64,000 nucleotides of DNA from IMG/VR virus record IMGVR_UViG_2593339199_000003, positions 1 to 64,000 of that record; one strand, written 5' to 3'. A program made the translations under genes and the position numbers. A model generated the notes under the pieces. That model searched no databases and had not been told where the DNA came from. It worked only from the letters and a program-made list of their open reading frames with translations. Positions 17,806 through 25,918 of this stretch are shown here, piece by piece. Position 1 is the stretch's first letter; the number at the start of each line of letters is the position of its first letter. The DNA is from a virus (taxonomy: Duplodnaviria; Caudoviricetes).

Positions 17806-18596
17806 TTGATTGCTCCCTTCGCCCATAGCTCCTTGTAATAGTCCACGAGTCTTTTCTTGATGCGATATACGGACCGATGATGGAGGCCTGTTAGCTGGGC
17901 TATCTCTTTGTCGGATTTTTGATCGAGAAATGCTTTTACCAAGATCAACCGCTCCGTATAATTCAAGTCCTGGAACAGCTCGTTACAATGTATGCCATTC
18001 ATCCAGAGGATGTTGTGCTCGAGATCCGTGTCTTCGTCCATGGTGATGGCGAACGGATTGTCTTCATACTTCAGCGCGCCGGCCTCGTCGATCGGGGCGA
18101 TGGTATCGGCAGCGAAGATATCGACATAGCCGGACTTCTTGCTGCTTGCATCGAAGATCTTGCTGTTGATCAGATCCTTCAGGTAATACCGGTAGCTGTG
18201 GTACAGATATCGCTTAAAGCTCTTGCCCTGATCTGTATAATTCTTGGCGCAGGTCAGGAAGATGATCGCAAGCTCTCGGTAGATTTCATCGAAGGGATAA
18301 TGCTTTTCCCACGGCTTGTACGTGTCGTAATCCCGGAACGTGCGGCGCAGATAGCCGACGACATAATGGGCGGCCCCGTGAGCGGCCTTTGTTTGGTACT
18401 TACCCCGAATCAGCGCCTTGCGCGTCTCCGAGTCCTTGATGAAGCAGGAGATGAACTTCCTCGTATCGTAATTTTCGAAATCGATCAGACCCTGGGTGAT
18501 CATCTTGTAATACTTCATGATGAAGGCGTGATACTCGGTCACCAGCTGCTCGCTCTCACCGGTTTCCTGATATCGTTTGATGAGTTCCTCGCTCAT
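17793..18596 (-). CDS. Phage sigma-70 family sigma factor
   Basis: Region 2-like DEIYRELAIIFLTCAKNY..SFKRYL; region 4 HTH LNYTERLIL..KSDKEIAQLTGLHHRSVYRIKKR. Confidence 0.8.
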   Translation of the reverse strand: MSEELIKRYQETGESEQLVTEYHAFIMKYYKMITQGLIDFENYDTRKFISCFIKDSETRKALIRGKYQTKAAHGAAHYVVGYLRRTFRDYDTYKPWEKHYPFDEIYRELAIIFLTCAKNYTDQGKSFKRYLYHSYRYYLKDLINSKIFDASSKKSGYVDIFAADTIAPIDEAGALKYEDNPFAITMDEDTDLEHNILWMNGIHCNELFQDLNYTERLILVKAFLDQKSDKEIAQLTGLHHRSVYRIKKRLVDYYKELWAKGAIKWIR

Positions 18597-19180
18597 AAGC
18601 CCACGAGCTGCTCGGCGCGTTCCAGTTCGATCTGCGCTTCGTCTTCCTTCCTGAAGATGACGAGCTCGAAGTACGGCCGGATGCCGCAGTCCTTATCGAG
18701 GATCAGGAAGTCCTTGACGCGCGGGAGCGCATAATAGTCATTGTCGAAGATGACATGCTCCAGGGAGTCCATCAGCAGCTTGAACACGTTGTTCGTATCG
18801 CGCACCTGCTTATTCGGAAAGTAGGCGGTCACCTCGACGACGACCTTCTCTTTGACGGCCATCTCCCACTGATTGCGGAAACACCAATCGCGAGCGGCGA
18901 GCTGCCAGCGATTGAACAGATCCTCTGCAGCTTTGGTCAGCTTCTTGCCGCCGCCGCGGGTGTTGTTGTAGATATGGTTCACGGATGGGAAGAAGCCGGG
19001 ATCGCCATTGGCCTCGCTATGTACGATCCATTTTGTTTTCGGCTTCAGCTTGCCACGCTTGTTCTTTTCATAGACCGTGCGATACTTGCCGGGCTTCTCC
19101 GGATCCGGTTCCTTCACATAGTCCTTGTATCTGCCGAACATCATCATTGGAAGGATCAGCTTATCCGTCATCGCAGACAC
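18593..19180 (-). CDS. rusA: RusA-family Holliday junction resolvase
   Basis: PSVNHIY; RDTNNVFKLLMDSL..FDND. Confidence 0.85.
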   Translation of the reverse strand: MSAMTDKLILPMMMFGRYKDYVKEPDPEKPGKYRTVYEKNKRGKLKPKTKWIVHSEANGDPGFFPSVNHIYNNTRGGGKKLTKAAEDLFNRWQLAARDWCFRNQWEMAVKEKVVVEVTAYFPNKQVRDTNNVFKLLMDSLEHVIFDNDYYALPRVKDFLILDKDCGIRPYFELVIFRKEDEAQIELERAEQLVGL

Positions 19181-19648
19181 CTATCGAACGACCGTCATGC
19201 CAAGCACGGAGACCATGGTGAACGTGATGATCACGGCCTCACCGATGAACCGGCCTTCGCCGTCATAACGCTTCTCGTAGTTGATGTCGCGGCCGGAGTA
19301 GTGATCCTTGTTCAGCTTCAATTCCTCGGCGGCATATTTAATCATGGTAGCCTCGATAATCGCGTCCCGCGTGATGTTGATCTGGTCCTTCATGCGGAGC
19401 TCGTGCCATTCCTTCTCCTCGGTTTCAACCAGGTTGTTAATGACCTCGCAGTATTCCTCGAACGTCAGGCGAACCTCGCTGCCGAATTGATCGAACTTGT
19501 TCGGCTCCAGAATCAGATCGATGGTCGTGATGCCGCCATCGGTACGCTGATTCAGAACAAGCAGCTTATTGTTGCTTTCCTGGTCGTTCAGCTGGCTTTC
19601 CACCATGTAATTCTTCCTTGGACCGATCCGTTTGTTGTTCTCGGACAT
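19181..19648 (-). CDS. Hypothetical protein
   Basis: Abuts rusA; start uncertain (19648 or internal MVESQ). Confidence 0.6.
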   Translation of the reverse strand: MSENNKRIGPRKNYMVESQLNDQESNNKLLVLNQRTDGGITTIDLILEPNKFDQFGSEVRLTFEEYCEVINNLVETEEKEWHELRMKDQINITRDAIIEATMIKYAAEELKLNKDHYSGRDINYEKRYDGEGRFIGEAVIITFTMVSVLGMTVVR

Positions 19649-19730
19649 TGCGTGCATCCCCTTTCTGTGCAAGTTGTTCTCGATTGATTCCTTTTCCCAT
19701 GTCTTCGACGATATCAAATAGTTTCCCCAT
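19566..19730 (-). CDS. Small hypothetical protein (54 aa), not in the ORF track
   Basis: AGGTGA RBS then ATG 19730; MGKLFDIVEDMGKG..; first ORF after the operator. Confidence 0.4.
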   Translation of the reverse strand: MGKLFDIVEDMGKGINREQLAQKGDARNVREQQTDRSKEELHGGKPAERPGKQQ

Positions 19731-19745
19731 CTTTATCACCTACCC

Positions 19746-19768
19746 AATAATGTAATGCATTACTTTAT
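19746..19768. promoter_or_regulatory. Palindromic operator, rusA/sigma operon
   Basis: AATAATGTAATGCATTACTTTAT downstream of minus-strand TGnTATAAT. Confidence 0.8.
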
Positions 19769-19826
19769 GGAATCATTATATCATAATCTACCAATAAAAA
19801 AAGAGGGATTTCTCCCTCTAGCTCGA

Positions 19827-20750
19827 TTATGCTAGTAATTTCTCCAGATTTATCACACCGTCGCCGAAGTAAGCGTCTTTGCCTGGGGCTCCAAGATCGA
19901 TGCTGGAAGCAAGCAATTTGGTATGCAGCGCGTCTGTAGCCGGGATCACTTCGCCGCGTCTCAAAAGATACGAGAGATAAAGTGCAATGCTGCCAGCCAT
20001 AAGTGGTGTCGCCATGCTTGTTCCCGATAAGCGGGCATAGCCGCCATCTTTATAGCAAGAGAGTATATCAACGCCTGGAGCCATGATTTCATTTTTGAGG
20101 CCATAATTCGAGAAGCTCGCCCTTTCGTGATTACGCCCCATCGCCGATACTGCGATCACTTCGTCATACATCGCCGGCCAATCCACGTAATGGTTTTCGT
20201 TGCCGGTTGCGGCGACCATGATGATGCCGGCTGCTGCGGCTGCTTTGATCGCATCATGCAGCTCCTGCGGAGGTTCCATGGCGCAGCCAAGGCTCATGGA
20301 AATGAGATGGACTTTTTTGTCGATCGCCCAACGGATCCCCTTGATAATCGAGTCAAAGCCGCCACTTCCGTTGTCGCTGAGCACCTTGGCGCAGTACAGT
20401 TCTGTCTGTGGCGCAACGCCGATCATACCCTGCCCGTTGTCTTCGGCGCCGATGATGCCGGCGCAGTGCGAGCCGTGCCCCTGGCGGTCGCGGCCGCCGT
20501 AGGATGAGCCCGTGAAATCGATAACAGCCTTGATGTTCTCCTTCAAGTCCGGATGATGGAAGTCCACGCCGGTATCGAGGATTGCAACCCGGACATCCAG
20601 TCCGGTAGACTTAGGCCACACGTTCGGTGCGCCAATGTCGTTCAGCCCCCAGTCGATCAGATCGTCGCCTGCGCTTGACGGATGAACACTTACCACTTCG
20701 TGATTCGCCAGCTTGAATGCTTGTTTCATAATGTCCTCCTGTGTCTTCAC
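19827..20750 (-). CDS. Subtilisin-family (S8) serine protease without signal peptide
   Basis: Triad motifs ILDTG, HGSHCAG, SGTSMATP. Confidence 0.95.
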   Translation of the reverse strand: MKTQEDIMKQAFKLANHEVVSVHPSSAGDDLIDWGLNDIGAPNVWPKSTGLDVRVAILDTGVDFHHPDLKENIKAVIDFTGSSYGGRDRQGHGSHCAGIIGAEDNGQGMIGVAPQTELYCAKVLSDNGSGGFDSIIKGIRWAIDKKVHLISMSLGCAMEPPQELHDAIKAAAAAGIIMVAATGNENHYVDWPAMYDEVIAVSAMGRNHERASFSNYGLKNEIMAPGVDILSCYKDGGYARLSGTSMATPLMAGSIALYLSYLLRRGEVIPATDALHTKLLASSIDLGAPGKDAYFGDGVINLEKLLA

Positions 20751-20770
20751 CCTGTATCCTTATATGAAAT

Positions 20771-20784
20771 TGTAACACATTACA
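20771..20784. promoter_or_regulatory. Operator variant upstream of the S8 protease
   Basis: TGTAACACATTACA (2 mismatches) overlapping a TGnTACAAT -10. Confidence 0.55.
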
Positions 20785-20798
20785 TTCCATTATTCAGC

Positions 20799-21206
20799 TT
20801 AGACTTTACCCAGAAGATGCAGGAAAAAGGAAGTGAAAGCTCCACCGATTACCAGGATCGACAAGGAGGTCATGACGACTGTAAAGATGCTTGGCCCTTC
20901 GAAGCGGCCGATAGGACGGATCGGAAGTCGCCGCACAAAATCCTCAAGATAGAGTGTATTTGCGCCCTCCATCTCCCTGAGCCTGGTGTATTCATCTGCC
21001 CGCTCCAAGGCGGCACGTCTGACTTCCCTGCAGAACTCATCGTAAGTGTATGCGCGTTTGTGCCACTCTTTCTCCAGCTTCGCACGGCAGTTCTTGATGA
21101 TGTTCTCGGCGAATGCTTCCATCGTGGCACGCTCGAGATCTTCATGTTCATCAGGTTCAGCTATGTTCCCGTCCGTCTGATGAAGATACGCTTCGATCAG
21201 CTCCAT
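20799..21206 (-). CDS. MEL-tag protein (MELIEAYL) with C-terminal TM helix
   Basis: C-terminal IFTVVMTSLSILVIGGAFTSFFL. Confidence 0.75.
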   Translation of the reverse strand: MELIEAYLHQTDGNIAEPDEHEDLERATMEAFAENIIKNCRAKLEKEWHKRAYTYDEFCREVRRAALERADEYTRLREMEGANTLYLEDFVRRLPIRPIGRFEGPSIFTVVMTSLSILVIGGAFTSFFLHLLGKV

Positions 21207-21609
21207 AATAATGCACCCACTCCATGCCGACTTTGAAATGCTTATTCCATTTATTCGGATAGGCGTTCAAGAAGACGACCCGCTTCACGCCTGCCTGGTT
21301 CAGTCGCTTCGTGCAGTTCTCACATGGCTCATGCGTTACGTAGGCGGTTGCGCCGATCAGGTCCCTCCGGTTCGTATGCAGTATAGCGTTCTCCTCAGCA
21401 TGCAGCGTCCGGATGCAGCGCCCCTCGTCGTTTAGCAGATGGCCCACGTCGTCGCAATGATCATGGCCATGGATGCTGCCGTTGTAGCCGGCTGCGATCA
21501 GGCGGTTATTCTTCACGATGATACAGCCGACCTGCAGTCGATTACAGGTGCCTCGATCGGCGACTTTCTTCGCAATATCAATCCAATAGGAATCCCAGTC
21601 TTTGCGCAT
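21157..21609 (-). CDS. dCMP deaminase (ComEB-like)
   Basis: WDSYW, RGTCNRLQVG, GYNG, HAEENA, PCENC. Confidence 0.92.
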   Translation of the reverse strand: MRKDWDSYWIDIAKKVADRGTCNRLQVGCIIVKNNRLIAAGYNGSIHGHDHCDDVGHLLNDEGRCIRTLHAEENAILHTNRRDLIGATAYVTHEPCENCTKRLNQAGVKRVVFLNAYPNKWNKHFKVGMEWVHYYGADRSVSSSDGREHS

Positions 21610-21646
21610 GTTATTGACCTCCCAAACTCATTCTCATCGTGGTCTA

Positions 21647-22009
21647 CTAAAACAGTGTCAGCTGCTCGGATTCAGGTGCCGGCTCGGCGTAGTACGCCTG
21701 CTCTCCGTCATCCAATGCGACGCGGTAGATCCCACAGGTCCGGCCGGTGACACCGCACTTGCGCTTGCCGCACACTTCGACGACGCCCGCTAGGTGAAGC
21801 TCCGTAAGCCGCGGGTGAACGAAGTTACGTTCGGGCTTCGGGAAATACTCCTTCTCATGCATGATCAGCGCCAGCTCGCCAGCTGTTGCGCCTGTGTCGC
21901 CAAGCAACTCCAGTTCATGGTAGACGGCGGCTTGACGCTGCCCCAGCGTCTCAAGAATTACCTTGTAGCTTTCTTGTCTTGTCGATTGTGTAATGCTCAT
22001 CATTGGCAC
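21647..22009 (-). CDS. Winged-HTH protein ending in a clamp-binding-like motif (QLTLF)
   Basis: GATAGELA..VHPRLTEL..GKRKCGVTGR. Confidence 0.7.
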   Translation of the reverse strand: MPMMSITQSTRQESYKVILETLGQRQAAVYHELELLGDTGATAGELALIMHEKEYFPKPERNFVHPRLTELHLAGVVEVCGKRKCGVTGRTCGIYRVALDDGEQAYYAEPAPESEQLTLF

Positions 22010-22130
22010 GCTCCTCTAAATATCGTTCTGATCGGTTTTTGTATTGATTAATTTTCAAGCGGTTCAGGTATGTCTGATAAGCTGGGGAATCCCGGTAATG
22101 CTCTTTCATGTATTCAACAATCAGATCCAT
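21951..22130 (-). CDS. Small MEL-tag variant protein (MDLIVEYM, 59 aa)
   Basis: TGATG coupling and GGAG RBS at 22130. Confidence 0.6.
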   Translation of the reverse strand: MDLIVEYMKEHYRDSPAYQTYLNRLKINQYKNRSERYLEERANDEHYTIDKTRKLQGNS

Positions 22131-22864
22131 CAGCGCCACTCCATGCAGAAGCTCTTGGCCGGACAGCTGTCGCAATGATAGCTCTCCCGTGGATAGAACC
22201 ATTCCTCGTCGATCGTTTTCTTCATCATGCGCACCGATTTATACAGGCGCTGGTAATCCTTCTGCCGGCGCTCCGTGTAATATGGCACGCCCGTCTTCAA
22301 ATGCTGCAGACAGATGGAGTCTGGCTCCTTCTTAAACATGGAGTGGAAACCAATCGCTTGGAGCGTAAGGTCCATATCCGTCCGCTGCCAGAAGTCGTCC
22401 GGGCGCTGCGGGCTCGTCTTGAAGTTGGCGATCTCCAGCCCACGCGTCGTCTCCCGGATGACCGGGATATTTCCGCGGACAAAGAAGTCATCGCCGATTG
22501 GCACGCGGAAGTCTACGTTGACCGCAATCACCTTGTCGGGATTAAACTTCTGCTGCCGGTGAAAAATAGCCAGCATCTCGATGGCGGCAAGTTCCTTCTT
22601 GCGCTGTGCCTGCTTATCATCAAATTGGATGTCGTAGATCTTGTTCTTGTCGTACCAGATGCTGCCGAATTTCGCTTTCAGGTCTTCCATCGAAACCAAC
22701 TTGCCTTGATGCAGGTTCAGATAAAAATAGCTGATCGTTGTCTTGATCGCTTCGCGGAGCCCGTCATTCTGCGAGAGCTTAACCGGCATCTTATCGATCT
22801 CGATGAACTTGTACCGAAGCGGGCAGGCTTTAAAGTCATACAGCTGCTCAACGGTAATTTCCAT
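22130..22864 (-). CDS. PD-(D/E)XK nuclease-like protein (RecB/AddB type)
   Basis: FKACPLRY, ANFKTS, LQAIGF, CDSCPAKSFC; the acidic catalytic residues look degenerate. Confidence 0.75.
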   Translation of the reverse strand: MEITVEQLYDFKACPLRYKFIEIDKMPVKLSQNDGLREAIKTTISYFYLNLHQGKLVSMEDLKAKFGSIWYDKNKIYDIQFDDKQAQRKKELAAIEMLAIFHRQQKFNPDKVIAVNVDFRVPIGDDFFVRGNIPVIRETTRGLEIANFKTSPQRPDDFWQRTDMDLTLQAIGFHSMFKKEPDSICLQHLKTGVPYYTERRQKDYQRLYKSVRMMKKTIDEEWFYPRESYHCDSCPAKSFCMEWR

Positions 22865-23174
22865 CGTCATCGCCTCCAAAGATTTCATGCACCGGCACGA
22901 AGATGCCGCGCGCATTCATGATGCTCCACATAATGCTGACCATACTGTCGTCTCCGTAACAGACGACATCGAAGAAATGTAGGGACGGCAGGTACGTGTG
23001 GAAGTGTACGTCAAGCAGATCCTTTAGCTTCTTCGCCATCTCGAGCCGCGCGTGAAGCGTATTCTTGGCATAACGAAACTCCTCGGACTGTACGGCCAGA
23101 AAGTTGTCGATCATGGCTTTGAAGTCAGCTCCGCTTTGGATCTGGCTTCGGGTGTAGGCGTTGATGAGCTCCAT
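22848..23174 (-). CDS. MEL-tag protein (MELINAYT)
   Basis: TAATG coupling; 108 aa. Confidence 0.75.
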   Translation of the reverse strand: MELINAYTRSQIQSGADFKAMIDNFLAVQSEEFRYAKNTLHARLEMAKKLKDLLDVHFHTYLPSLHFFDVVCYGDDSMVSIMWSIMNARGIFVPVHEIFGGDDDGNYR

Positions 23175-23626
23175 TATCTCCGTCCCCTTCTGCCCATCCG
23201 GGATTCATTGTGACCGCGCATCTCCGGCGTTAAGCGAACGTTCTGCACCCGGCCGACCTCCTGACCGCCCAAGAAAACCCTGGCCTCGTTCTGCGGCGCC
23301 GCTTCGTCCACTTCGATCGGGCAGGAATACTGAATCTGAATAACGTCTCCCTTACTCGGTGTTTCCCGCAACACGACCGACCTGTCATGCACATCGTAGT
23401 CGGCCCCCGCTCGCTGCATGACACCGTTAACGTAGACCAGTTCGGTGTGCGGCGCCGGCTTATGTTCCAACGTCATCAGATTCGACCAGCCGTCCCCTCG
23501 CATCGATTGACCGGTGCGCCGGTGCTGCTCATGAATCGGCGTTTTTGAAACGCGTTCTTGAATCTTGGCGATCTCTGCAAAGAAACGCAAGTGATGTCCA
23601 TCAATATAGGACTGCAATAATTCCAT
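23174..23626 (-). CDS. MEL-tag protein (MELLQSYI) with virion-type small beta domain
   Basis: VYVNGVMQRAGADYDV..VVLRETPSKGDVIQIQY resembles repeats in the 2433-aa protein. Confidence 0.75.
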   Translation of the reverse strand: MELLQSYIDGHHLRFFAEIAKIQERVSKTPIHEQHRRTGQSMRGDGWSNLMTLEHKPAPHTELVYVNGVMQRAGADYDVHDRSVVLRETPSKGDVIQIQYSCPIEVDEAAPQNEARVFLGGQEVGRVQNVRLTPEMRGHNESRMGRRGRR

Positions 23627-23778
23627 TAGGCTTGCTCCTTCTCTAGCAGTTTTATGGCTTCTTCTAATTCACGGATCCGTGCATTCAGATTGATCTTGGT
23701 GCGTGTCCTGGTTTTCTTCAGGATCAGAAGCGACCCAAGCGCTCGTTTCAGGTGCTGGATAGAATAGGCGTAGCTCAT
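23626..23778 (-). CDS. Small basic coiled-coil protein (50 aa), not in the ORF track
   Basis: AAGGAG RBS; MSYAYSIQHLKRAL..LEKEQA*; TAATG overlap with next gene. Confidence 0.65.
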   Translation of the reverse strand: MSYAYSIQHLKRALGSLLILKKTRTRTKINLNARIRELEEAIKLLEKEQA

Positions 23779-23792
23779 TTGGTCGCTCCTTC

Positions 23793-24011
23793 CTAAGCAA
23801 ATAGAGGGATTCCCTGTTGCAGCACTCGTTGTCTGATCTCGTCTCGTTGTATGTAGGCTAAAAGCAAATTGTTGAGCCCATCAATTTGAGGCTGATCTGG
23901 TGCTGACCAAGAGACTTTAACCTCTTGGCCAGACTTTAACCTATAAGTGAATGGCTTATAGGTCCGATCAGGTATCTTGTGGGCGTTAAGGTATCCCGCA
24001 AGCAGCTCCAT
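23793..24011 (-). CDS. MEL-tag protein (MELLAGYL)
   Basis: GGAG RBS; 72 aa. Confidence 0.7.
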   Translation of the reverse strand: MELLAGYLNAHKIPDRTYKPFTYRLKSGQEVKVSWSAPDQPQIDGLNNLLLAYIQRDEIRQRVLQQGIPLFA

Positions 24012-24014
24012 CGT

Positions 24015-24293
24015 CTAGTCTCCGATATGCTGGACGCCGATGCGCGGCGCGCCGGTTGGCCCTTGGTTCGGTCCGACCTTTTCAAGCAGCGCCATCGACA
24101 TTCGCTGTAGCTCTTCAGCCTGATTCAGCAGGCGCAGGATCTCATAGTTGTTTCGCTTGACCTGTGCAGCGGGCTCAGAATCGTCACGCACGATCTTCTT
24201 CGTCTTGCCCAGGATCTCGAATTGGAGCTGCGCGAGAACCTCTTCTAGCTTTTCGCCTTGCGGATTATCTGCGCCCAGTAGGATGTTTTGCAT
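24015..24293 (-). CDS. Hypothetical protein
   Basis: GGGGAG RBS; MQNILLGADNPQGEKLE.. Confidence 0.65.
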   Translation of the reverse strand: MQNILLGADNPQGEKLEEVLAQLQFEILGKTKKIVRDDSEPAAQVKRNNYEILRLLNQAEELQRMSMALLEKVGPNQGPTGAPRIGVQHIGD

Positions 24294-24396
24294 GTTCACT
24301 TCTCCCCGGTAATTTAATTGGTTCAGCCTCGATCGCCGGCGTGCTCGTATAGAGCACACCGACCACGAGCAAAGCAGCTGCCAGCAAATGCTTCAT
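24265..24396 (-). CDS. 43-aa pre-peptide with Sec-type signal sequence, not in the ORF track
   Basis: GGGGG RBS 9 nt upstream; MKHLLAAALLVVGVLYTSTPAIEA|EPIKLPGRSEHAKHPTGRR. Confidence 0.55.
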   Translation of the reverse strand: MKHLLAAALLVVGVLYTSTPAIEAEPIKLPGRSEHAKHPTGRR

Positions 24397-24416
24397 CTCT
24401 CTCATCCCCCTGATGA

Positions 24417-24845
24417 TTACATAGATTCAATTGCGGCTTTCAGCTTCGGATATGGATCTTCCCAGCCCGCCGGCTTTTGGATCTTGCCGTCGCCCTCGCG
24501 GTAGTGCGGCTTGCCGTCCGGCCAGAGCTTGGACATATTGGCATGCTGCACGATGTCCATCAGCGCCTGCGGCTTCACGCCGAGCTCGACCAGCGTGCCG
24601 AGCGCGAAGTACATCAGATCAATCATGGCGTCTGCTTGATCGACGACGTTATCCGAATCCAGGAACTCTTGGATTTCTTCTTGGCACCAGTGCATGCGGT
24701 TCTCCGCGCGCGCTTGTTCCATCATCGTAGGCCGGCTCGCCACTGGATGGTTGAATGCCTGGTGGAAGGCCTTCACTTGATTGAAGGCCAGGTCCAAACC
24801 ACGCTCGTCCATGCTTGCGGTATAAGCTTGAATCAGTTCGCTCAT
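24417..24845 (-). CDS. MazG-like / PRA-PH NTP pyrophosphohydrolase with MEL-tag extension
   Basis: VKAFHQAF, QEEIQEF, DQADAMIDLMYF, ANMSK, DGKIQKP; begins MSELIQAYTAS. Confidence 0.85.
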   Translation of the reverse strand: MSELIQAYTASMDERGLDLAFNQVKAFHQAFNHPVASRPTMMEQARAENRMHWCQEEIQEFLDSDNVVDQADAMIDLMYFALGTLVELGVKPQALMDIVQHANMSKLWPDGKPHYREGDGKIQKPAGWEDPYPKLKAAIESM

Positions 24846-24850
24846 CGTTG

Positions 24851-25918
24851 TTACATCCCCCTGTTTAAATGCGCCCGTACTTGAAGGCGCGCGTTTACAC
24901 GATCCCAGTCCGCTTGCGTGATCGGCTGCACGTTTGCTTTCTTGTACACGCCCTTCTGCGAGAAGAAGTCATGCGTGATGAACTCGGCAATCTTGGATGT
25001 CGCATTCATGACGATGACGTTGACCGGCTCCTCCGGGAAGTAATCGTCGAAGCCCATGTTCTGCAGCGCGCGGTTCGCATTGTAGCGGACGTAGGCTTTG
25101 ACTTGATCCGCGAGGCCGATCTCGGCGTAGATTTCTTCGGTGTAAGCCATCTCGATCTCGTGCAGTTCCTCGAGCAGCGTGAACATCTTTGTCTGCAGGC
25201 GTCCCTGCGTTTCGGCATCGAAGCTCTCGAACAGTTCCTGCGCAAGCATGCCGACAAAGTTGCCGTGGATCGCTTCGTCCCGCAGGATCAAGTTGATGAT
25301 CTCCGCGGAGTTGGTCAGCATCGCTTTGCCATCGACGCCGCCGCCGGCGAGGAACAATGGCAGGAAGAAGCCGGAGTAGAACAGATAGCTTTCCAGGAAC
25401 ACCGAAGCGACCATAGCCATAAACAGGTCTTCGTCGTTCTTGATGCTCAGGTAGATGCTCTGGATGATCCGGGCTTTCTTCTGCAGCAGCGGATGACTGC
25501 GCACCCAGTCTTCGAGCAGCCAGTCGATGTACGAGCCATCGGTGATCAGCGTCGTGAAGATGGTCGAGTACGACTTGGCATGCATGTGCTCCATCATGGC
25601 CATGAAGCCGGCGACCGACTTGCGCTTCAGCTCTTTCAGATGGATGGCCAGCTGCGACATGCCCACATTTGCTTGGATCGTATCCAGAAATGTAAGGCCC
25701 GCCAATGCGAAGGCATAAGCTGTCTGAAGCGCCTTGTCCATCTGCTTCCAAACCTTGATATCGTCGGACGGCACGAACTCGGTATCGATCCAGTTCTGCC
25801 GGTTGTTTTGCTCCCAGAAATACTCCGTGAACTCGTCGATTTTGCGGTTCCAGTTCACGGCGTGCAGGATCATTTGGCTGTCATCGATTAGTTCCGGATT
25901 AGACGGCACAGGACTCAC
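24851..25918 (-). CDS. nrdF: Ribonucleotide reductase class Ib beta subunit
   Basis: AVNWN, LTFLDT, EHMHAKSY, LESYLFYSGF, RDEAIH, HDFFS. Confidence 0.95.
   Translation of the reverse strand: MSPVPSNPELIDDSQMILHAVNWNRKIDEFTEYFWEQNNRQNWIDTEFVPSDDIKVWKQMDKALQTAYAFALAGLTFLDTIQANVGMSQLAIHLKELKRKSVAGFMAMMEHMHAKSYSTIFTTLITDGSYIDWLLEDWVRSHPLLQKKARIIQSIYLSIKNDEDLFMAMVASVFLESYLFYSGFFLPLFLAGGGVDGKAMLTNSAEIINLILRDEAIHGNFVGMLAQELFESFDAETQGRLQTKMFTLLEELHEIEMAYTEEIYAEIGLADQVKAYVRYNANRALQNMGFDDYFPEEPVNVIVMNATSKIAEFITHDFFSQKGVYKKANVQPITQADWDRVNARLQVRAHLNRGM

Noticed and set aside
18560-18596. Sigma factor start MSEELIKRY as a MEL-tag
   Set aside because: EELI..(Y/A)Q is a normal sigma N-terminal helix; not counted.
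24851-25918. Metal-free class Ie RNR
   Set aside because: The metal ligands (D, ExxH, E, DExxH) are all present, so ordinary class Ib.
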